Shown: positions 57,661 to 64,000 of the stretch, one piece after another
Layout: each line of letters starts with the position of its first letter
Position numbering within the stretch: position 1 is the first letter of the stretch
Origin: Candidatus Cloacimonadales bacterium
Lineage (GTDB): Bacteria > Cloacimonadota > Cloacimonadia > Cloacimonadales > DAONDQ01
Assembly (NCBI GenBank): GCA_963662275.1
Contig: OY759316.1
Coordinates: 512,001-576,000 of the forward strand
Length of the DNA: 64,000 nt
Reading direction: 5' to 3'
The notes under the pieces: generated by a model
Seen by the model: the letters and a program-made list of their open reading frames with translations, nothing else
Told to the model about the DNA's origin: nothing
Databases searched by the model: none
Made by a program: the position numbers and the translations under genes

Positions 57661-59265
57661 TTACTCAGGAGGAATTTGTTCATCTGTTTTTTCCGCCGAG
57701 TAACCCTTTGGAACAATTTCAGAAACTACATAATTCTTCATTTTACGGGGACTCAATAAACTGAGAATTAACAGAATGTCGTCTTTTTTAAAAATGTGAG
57801 TTACCCATAGAATTCCATATACTGCCCCAAAATACAAGAAAGGAAAAATAAAACGGATGTAATGTCCGGATTGTCCAAAAGCCATTTGGGGGGTAACTTC
57901 GGGGTTGAGAATCATATATCTGAAATAATACATGGGATTCCCTAATATGAAACGGTAGATAAAGAACATGATCACTGATATTGAAATAATTAGAGTAGAG
58001 ACAGGTAAATTTGTAAACAAATTCAGACTGGGTATTTTCTTTTTTGCATAATACCGATTCCAAACAGCAGTCATAATATACGTGGCTAAAAGTGCTATTG
58101 CTGCTCCATGAACAGCCATATTCAACATGGAAGGATGAATAAAGAAAACTAATATCGCTACAAAAAAAACAACCGTGATGATATTCCAGACAGCATCCAG
58201 GACAAAGAAGCCCATACCTGTCAGGATATTTCCATAGGGCATTGATTGCATATCTATATATAAACCCAATGTGATTAAGCTCAGTGGAATTACAGAAGGT
58301 AAGTACTTCGTACCTAATAACCAATATACAATCGTATCGGAATAAATAATGATGAACATCACTGCTGGTAAAACAATAAAATCAGAGAATCTTTCAAAAA
58401 TAGTAATCTTGGCTTTGATAAACTCCCAATCTTGGAGAGCAGCAGCTTTAGAGAATAAAGGGAAAAAAAGCATACCAATACTAGCACCAATAATCGATAT
58501 AAATCCCCCTAATCGAAAACTAGCACCATAGTAACCTACCTGCTCGGAATTAGTATAAAACTGGAGTAATACTTTATCCAGGTTAAAAATCATGGAGGAA
58601 GCAAAACCAAGTATCACAACAGGAATTGCGATCTTAAAATATGCTTTAGCAAGTTCCTTATCATAACGACCTCTTGGATACCCTTTGAATAAGTATGTAA
58701 TCCAAACGGCGAGTAACATGATAGATGCTAAATTCACTATTGCTAGCGATTTTGCTCTAAGTCCAATTAAAACAAGGATGATACGGGCAATCTGCGATAA
58801 AATGTTACGAACAAGCTCAGGGATATCCTGTTTCGCTTGTTCTACACGCGCCGCAAAAGTAGTTTTAGCTACTCCTATTAAAGCTTGAATACTGTTTGTT
58901 AATGTAAAAACAATGATCACAAAGATATGGTCAGAAGATTCAAAATTCGTATGTAGTATGAATTTCTGAAACGCAAAAAATCCCATTGTAACAAGGATAA
59001 ATAAGATTGTAGTTAAATAATTCAAGTTTCGATAAGTTGTGACGCAATCTCCGAGATTCCTTCCTTCCGAGATCATCTTCATATGAGCACTACCCAAACC
59101 GAAAGTCGAAATAAAAGAAAACATGTTTACATAAGATAAACCGAATGCAATAGTTCCTAATACTGATGGTCCGGCAACTCTTGCCACAATAATACTTGCT
59201 ACCATTTGCACAAATTGACCAACGATCTGAGTCGAGTAGCTCAGAACAAATTTCTGTTTTAACAC
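57661..59265 (-). CDS. wzx: Polysaccharide flippase (Wzx/MOP family)
   Basis: About 12-14 TM segments; ARVAGPSVLG, DKVLL and VGYYGAS.R motifs. Confidence 0.8.
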   Translation of the reverse strand: MLKQKFVLSYSTQIVGQFVQMVASIIVARVAGPSVLGTIAFGLSYVNMFSFISTFGLGSAHMKMISEGRNLGDCVTTYRNLNYLTTILFILVTMGFFAFQKFILHTNFESSDHIFVIIVFTLTNSIQALIGVAKTTFAARVEQAKQDIPELVRNILSQIARIILVLIGLRAKSLAIVNLASIMLLAVWITYLFKGYPRGRYDKELAKAYFKIAIPVVILGFASSMIFNLDKVLLQFYTNSEQVGYYGASFRLGGFISIIGASIGMLFFPLFSKAAALQDWEFIKAKITIFERFSDFIVLPAVMFIIIYSDTIVYWLLGTKYLPSVIPLSLITLGLYIDMQSMPYGNILTGMGFFVLDAVWNIITVVFFVAILVFFIHPSMLNMAVHGAAIALLATYIMTAVWNRYYAKKKIPSLNLFTNLPVSTLIISISVIMFFIYRFILGNPMYYFRYMILNPEVTPQMAFGQSGHYIRFIFPFLYFGAVYGILWVTHIFKKDDILLILSLLSPRKMKNYVVSEIVPKGYSAEKTDEQIPPE

Positions 59266-59359
59266 TTTTTTATTTTATCCTTTCCGTTGTAGGGAGCATC
59301 TGCCTATTTTGCATATAGTTATAAGATAGGTTAAGTTATGAAATTTCTATCATTATACT

Positions 59360-60373
59360 CTATTTACCAGGAGTTAGATACTTCTGTAACTTGGCTATAA
59401 TCTTGAAACTTAGTTTTGAAGTCACCATATGATAGAATGGAACAACATGATTCGTTATCTCTAACTTATAGAAAGCGAGCTGAGGAAGATTTTCTTCATC
59501 AATTACACATAAATCAATGTAGGAGAATCCATTTTGCTTAGCCCAAGCTATGCTCTCCCAATCGATGGCTTCAGAGAGACCAATGGATGGTGCATTATAT
59601 CGAACTGCTCCAGCCCAAAGATGCATATAAAACTTGTTTCCAATAACGATATTACCAGCAAGAACTTCACCATCCCTTTCGGCAACAATAATGCATGCTT
59701 GATTTTTGGGAGCATAATAATCTATTACTTTACGATAATAATCATCCGGTTTATCCGGTCTATTGATTTTTTGATAGAGATCTTTGATGCAAGGTAAGAG
59801 TATTTCTAATCCTTCAGCCCCATACCTCTTCATGACAACGCCTTCTTTTTGAGATTTCCTGACTCGTTTTCGTCGTGATGGTTTCAGTGAGTTATTCCAA
59901 ATGTCTTCTTCTGTTTGAGAAAGGTCTATAATCGGTGTTGACAAGCGTTTTACGGGAAGTTTTGTTTGTTGAAATGAATCAGTTGGAAATTGAATGGAAG
60001 AAAAATAAATCCCCGATTCATTTATACCGTACTTCATGCCTTGTATCAATTCGTCATGAGTAACCATAGAAGAATTAAAAATCCATCCTCCAAAGGGAAC
60101 ACTTAAATGTGTTGGACTTGAATAAGAATACTTTAAAAAACCTCGCTTTTCCGTATGCATGGGGCAAAATCCAATCATCGTACCAGTTGAGGATAGAGCA
60201 ATCCAGTAAGACAGTTCTGTATTAAAAGTTTCCTGAACGATCTGGTTAAATTTGGTTTCATGAAAGATTAATCCACCGAACTCGACATTTATTTTTTCGA
60301 TTTTCTGGATTTCATCTTGAGATAGATCAGTATATTGTTTTCGAATCATTTTTATCATATAAAATGCCTCCAT
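59360..60373 (-). CDS. FemAB-like / GNAT (Acetyltransf_6) protein
   Basis: IDLS..EEDIW...RR..VRK..K.GV and WESI.WA...G...IDL motifs; located in the glycan locus. Confidence 0.7.
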   Translation of the reverse strand: MEAFYMIKMIRKQYTDLSQDEIQKIEKINVEFGGLIFHETKFNQIVQETFNTELSYWIALSSTGTMIGFCPMHTEKRGFLKYSYSSPTHLSVPFGGWIFNSSMVTHDELIQGMKYGINESGIYFSSIQFPTDSFQQTKLPVKRLSTPIIDLSQTEEDIWNNSLKPSRRKRVRKSQKEGVVMKRYGAEGLEILLPCIKDLYQKINRPDKPDDYYRKVIDYYAPKNQACIIVAERDGEVLAGNIVIGNKFYMHLWAGAVRYNAPSIGLSEAIDWESIAWAKQNGFSYIDLCVIDEENLPQLAFYKLEITNHVVPFYHMVTSKLSFKIIAKLQKYLTPGK

Positions 60374-61278
60374 GTTAATTGATGGTTCCTAACTCCCCAG
60401 TATAAACCAGAGATTAGACCTCGACATTGATTTATTGCAATATCCAGTTTGAATGAAAATATGTTTTTTAATATATTTTTTACAAGTCTGGGAAAATACT
60501 CATGGAAATATCGTTTAAAAAACTCTGGAGTCTGATGCATCATGATCACAAGCATCCGGTTTCTAGCATCATAATATGCCTTTATACCTGAATTTTTTCC
60601 AATTGTCATACTGGCTTTGTGCCATAATTTCGCATAAGGAGTATAGTATATTTTGAAACCATTTTTTTTTGCTCTGGCTTGCCATTCAAAATCTTCTGCC
60701 TGAAGGAAAAAATTAAGATCATATCCACCAGTAATTTCGTACATCTCCCTTTTAACTAACCAGAAGATATCATCACAAAAAGCCCTTTCAGCGATTTGAT
60801 CATATTGACCCAGATCAATTTCGTTACTACCCATGGAACTTCCGCTCCAATATACAGGATGTATTTCCCTTCCCACAGTTTGAAGAACTGTTGGTTTATC
60901 AAAATGATAAACTTTTCCAATCACGAAACCAATACATGTTTCCGTGATAGCAACTCTCACGAGTTCAGAAATGATATGTTCATCTACCTTTACATCATTA
61001 TTGGTAATCAGGGAAAAGTCCGCTTTTTGCTCTTCAAAAGCATATTTCATACCGATATTGAAACCACCGGAATACCCCAGATTAATTTCAGAACGAATAA
61101 TTTTGACACTAGGAAAATTAGCCTTTAGATAATCCACTGATCCATCTGACGATCCATTATCAATGACAACTACTTCAAAGTTGTCGTAATCATTTGCTAA
61201 ATATGAGGAGACAGCATCTTCTAAAAGATTTTTACCATTATAATTTAACATCAGAACAATGATGCGAGGATTTGACAA
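60355..61278 (-). CDS. Glycosyltransferase family 2
   Basis: LNYNG, VIDNGSSDGS, NLGYSGGFNIG, NND, GGYD.NFF...ED and WHKASMT motifs. Confidence 0.9.
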   Translation of the reverse strand: MSNPRIIVLMLNYNGKNLLEDAVSSYLANDYDNFEVVVIDNGSSDGSVDYLKANFPSVKIIRSEINLGYSGGFNIGMKYAFEEQKADFSLITNNDVKVDEHIISELVRVAITETCIGFVIGKVYHFDKPTVLQTVGREIHPVYWSGSSMGSNEIDLGQYDQIAERAFCDDIFWLVKREMYEITGGYDLNFFLQAEDFEWQARAKKNGFKIYYTPYAKLWHKASMTIGKNSGIKAYYDARNRMLVIMMHQTPEFFKRYFHEYFPRLVKNILKNIFSFKLDIAINQCRGLISGLYWGVRNHQLTWRHFI

Positions 61279-61393
61279 GATATTCTCCGCTACAACTTGA
61301 TAGAGATTCTTAAAACATCGGGTTTGTAATCAATTTCTCTATCATGTGATTCTTTCCAAAAACGGGTGAAAATAGTTTTCCATATTTTAAGCA

Positions 61394-62884
61394 TTATATA
61401 TTTTCTTGAGCATGAGTTGCATCATATTTCATCGCTTCTTTGAAAATTATTTCTGCTAATCCGAGAAAAGCAGCAATGAAAGCTAAATTCTGGGTGCCAG
61501 AACTAAAGAAATCTAGAGTTGTTGCATAACCAATAGAAAGACCAATCATAGCAAACATGAAAACATTAACAGCCACTCTGAATGGATTATTTCTTGTTAT
61601 CATTCGAATCAAGTTTCGGCACGTACTGATGAATTTAATGATCAGATAAAGATAAACAAATAAACCTAGTAAACCCATGATAACGAGAGTATTCAAAAAG
61701 CCAAGGTCATCATCTAATGCTCGTGTTGTTCTTGAGAATCCATAACCTACAATTGGACTTTTCGAAATTATTTCAATAATACTTTTTGCAGCATTTAATC
61801 TAGCAACTGCAGTTTCTACCTCCCCTCTTGTACTTGAACTAACAACTTTAGTTAGCCCTGAAAAACGTAGTAATACATCTTGGAAATAAGCAAAACCAAA
61901 ACCACCAATTAAAATAAATACTGAGAGCAATAGAACTATCGTAATTATTACGATTTTACTTATATTCAACACGTTTTGCATATTTTTAGTATAGGGAATA
62001 AATGGTAAAAAGTTAATAATTACGTAAGCTCGAGTTGCAGCAATGAAAGTAATCATGGTAATTGCAGCAATTGAAAGTATTAAAAAATTGCGCATTTTTT
62101 TATCTAATGTTAAACCTATTAAAGCAAGAGAAGAATACAATAAGAGTAGAGGATTTACTCCATCCCAGACAACTCCCCTGGCAAAATCAGTCCGATATTC
62201 ACCGGTGTATTTTGAGAATGTTCCTATTCTTGAACTAACTCCCGGTCCCTTATTGAAAAGTACTTCATTTAAAGTTTTGCTCATAATGACTGTAGTCAAT
62301 TGATTTCCGAGCACTAAGATTGTAGAAAAAAACAGGACTTTAAAAATAAAGTTAAAATCTGAAATATCCTTAAATGCAATAAGCACATAGAAATAGCATA
62401 TATAATACGAAAAAGAACGGAACAAATTGATCGCTAGTTTTTTGTCGATACCGGAATTAACAGCGTTTATCATTACCGTAATAAAGAGTACTAAATAGAT
62501 CATCATGAAAACACTGCCGAACATTGATTTTCTGATTATTTGATGTAATTTTAGGACTTTTATCCACATTCCTAAAGCAAGCATATCTAACAAACTTAGC
62601 GAATTACCAGCCATTGATAGAAGTGGCATTTTATCAAAATCTAACATACCATTCATGCGTGTAACAACGATCAGAAAAAGAAATAGAAGAATAAGCGGGT
62701 ATTTGGAGTTGTAACAGTATAATGCAACCGCAACATTAATGAATAATCCGATGATAGGTGGAGTATAGTAAAAACTAATATATACTAACGTAACAAGAAG
62801 AAAAAAAATAGCATCACATTCAGTGAATTTTAAGACTAATTTTGAATATAGAGAAGCCCCAGTTTTTTCTATTAATTGACTCAA
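61394..62884 (-). CDS. O-antigen polymerase/ligase-like (Wzy_C) membrane protein
   Basis: Many TM helices; ATRA, R......I...PIVGYG and a periplasmic loop. Confidence 0.7.
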   Translation of the reverse strand: MSQLIEKTGASLYSKLVLKFTECDAIFFLLVTLVYISFYYTPPIIGLFINVAVALYCYNSKYPLILLFLFLIVVTRMNGMLDFDKMPLLSMAGNSLSLLDMLALGMWIKVLKLHQIIRKSMFGSVFMMIYLVLFITVMINAVNSGIDKKLAINLFRSFSYYICYFYVLIAFKDISDFNFIFKVLFFSTILVLGNQLTTVIMSKTLNEVLFNKGPGVSSRIGTFSKYTGEYRTDFARGVVWDGVNPLLLLYSSLALIGLTLDKKMRNFLILSIAAITMITFIAATRAYVIINFLPFIPYTKNMQNVLNISKIVIITIVLLLSVFILIGGFGFAYFQDVLLRFSGLTKVVSSSTRGEVETAVARLNAAKSIIEIISKSPIVGYGFSRTTRALDDDLGFLNTLVIMGLLGLFVYLYLIIKFISTCRNLIRMITRNNPFRVAVNVFMFAMIGLSIGYATTLDFFSSGTQNLAFIAAFLGLAEIIFKEAMKYDATHAQENI

Positions 62885-64000
62885 CGTTCAACTCCGGCTG
62901 AACTTATTGAAGAAACCCTGGGTTGATTAACAATTACATAATCTGTAAGATCATAAAATGGGTAATTGGTTGCAATATCATTTTTATCAAAAATCTTTCC
63001 AGGTATCAATTCTGTGTTGTTTACACCCCAGTAATTATTTGTGGTAGTTAACTTTCCTGATCCTAAAGTCCAATATTCAACTCCATAAAGGGGACAAATT
63101 AAGTTATTATTGGACATTGGAGTGTACACATAAGCTCCACCCATATGTACTCCAATATTTGATTCAATGTGATTGAAAGAAATATCAAACCGATTTTCTT
63201 GGTATATATAAATTCCAAAAGCAGAACCAATTATTGTATTATGGCTTACATCAGGATGAGAGTTGAATTCAATTCGAATCGCTTTATCGCTGTTATAGAT
63301 AAAATAATTGTTTTTAATTATTCCGGTATCAATCATTTTGACATAGAGTCCGACTTTATTGTTGAGAAAAATGTTTTTCAGAAAAGATACTTTGCTGACA
63401 GAAGACATTTCTAAAGCACTTTGTGCACTTGAAGTATTTTGAAAAATACAATTCTCTATGGATTCATTATCTAGTTGATTTGCACTAAAAGAAGAAATAG
63501 TAGAACGAAAAATCGTGTTTTTCAGGCTGCAAGGAACCTTACTAGTTAATCCGTAATCTCCGTATGTAAAGATACATCCTTCAAGCAAGTTATTAACTAC
63601 AGATGCACCTATTTCAAATGTCATCTGATAATAATTTTGAACTACTCGATTTGGCTCTTTTGCACTACTGTTTACGATCAAACTATCATTGGATGTAATA
63701 TGGATCATATTATTCAGAGTACCTTGGAAAGAAATAAGCCCATAAAAGCGTAAAGATCCTGCAGGGGTGATTCTAAGATAAGCTCCTGGTTGAACAGTTA
63801 CTGATGAACTTGGATCAAAATTCACATCTCCACTGAAAATGTAATGATGATCAGATAATAAAGTATGACTTCCAGTAACCAATCCAGTATAAGTGATTTC
63901 TTGATAAAGAGTTATGATAGCAGTTTCAGAAGCGGTGTTCAAATCATTTTCGCCTGATGAAAGTTCAATATTAGTTAAGACTTTGAATCCATAACCACTT
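62881..64000 (-). CDS. Right-handed parallel beta-helix repeat protein (5' part outside window)
   Basis: PbH1-like repeats (I.NN.F..N..GI), V.PGA and NNYWG motifs; frame remains open to the window end. Confidence 0.65.
   Translation of the reverse strand, partial: SGYGFKVLTNIELSSGENDLNTASETAIITLYQEITYTGLVTGSHTLLSDHHYIFSGDVNFDPSSSVTVQPGAYLRITPAGSLRFYGLISFQGTLNNMIHITSNDSLIVNSSAKEPNRVVQNYYQMTFEIGASVVNNLLEGCIFTYGDYGLTSKVPCSLKNTIFRSTISSFSANQLDNESIENCIFQNTSSAQSALEMSSVSKVSFLKNIFLNNKVGLYVKMIDTGIIKNNYFIYNSDKAIRIEFNSHPDVSHNTIIGSAFGIYIYQENRFDISFNHIESNIGVHMGGAYVYTPMSNNNLICPLYGVEYWTLGSGKLTTTNNYWGVNNTELIPGKIFDKNDIATNYPFYDLTDYVIVNQPRVSSISSAGVER

Overview
AT-rich bacterial chromosome segment, probably Candidatus Cloacimonadota (FCB group). 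This is an inference from the many secreted proteins ending in a YPNPF...IYN.RGQ.V C-terminal sorting domain, a PorU/C25 peptidase and the gene content. The left two-thirds carries housekeeping genes: a radical SAM/DUF2344 fusion, nrdDG, a bamA-rSAM-ispD-glmS-like-ispF operon, tRNA-Arg, hsp20 with a CIRCE box, an rfbB-like-rimI-nadB-tmk-ctpA-response regulator operon, porU-rSAM/SPASM and ackA. These are interspersed with secreted cargo genes: two inverted FG-GAP paralogs (one frameshifted), an M1 aminopeptidase, an alpha-2-macroglobulin and a beta-propeller protein. The right third (42.9-64 kb, minus strand) is a Wzx/Wzy surface-polysaccharide locus with a FabH/FabG-like/acyltransferase/deacetylase tailoring cassette. 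Most notable observations: (i) mosaic intergenic arrays of several GTAG-REP hairpin families that bracket the cargo genes, supply their stop codons, shuffle at a CCCAT hub and contain group II intron remnants; (ii) a candidate sigma-54-dependent small RNA at about 36.03-36.24 kb; (iii) a 911-aa GlmS homolog with a 25-residue leader before its catalytic Cys; (iv) 11-bp-period inverted repeat elements; (v) an RfbB homolog lacking its catalytic Tyr/Asp. No transposase, reverse transcriptase, integrase or CRISPR array is visible. All calls come from reading the sequence; no searches were run.
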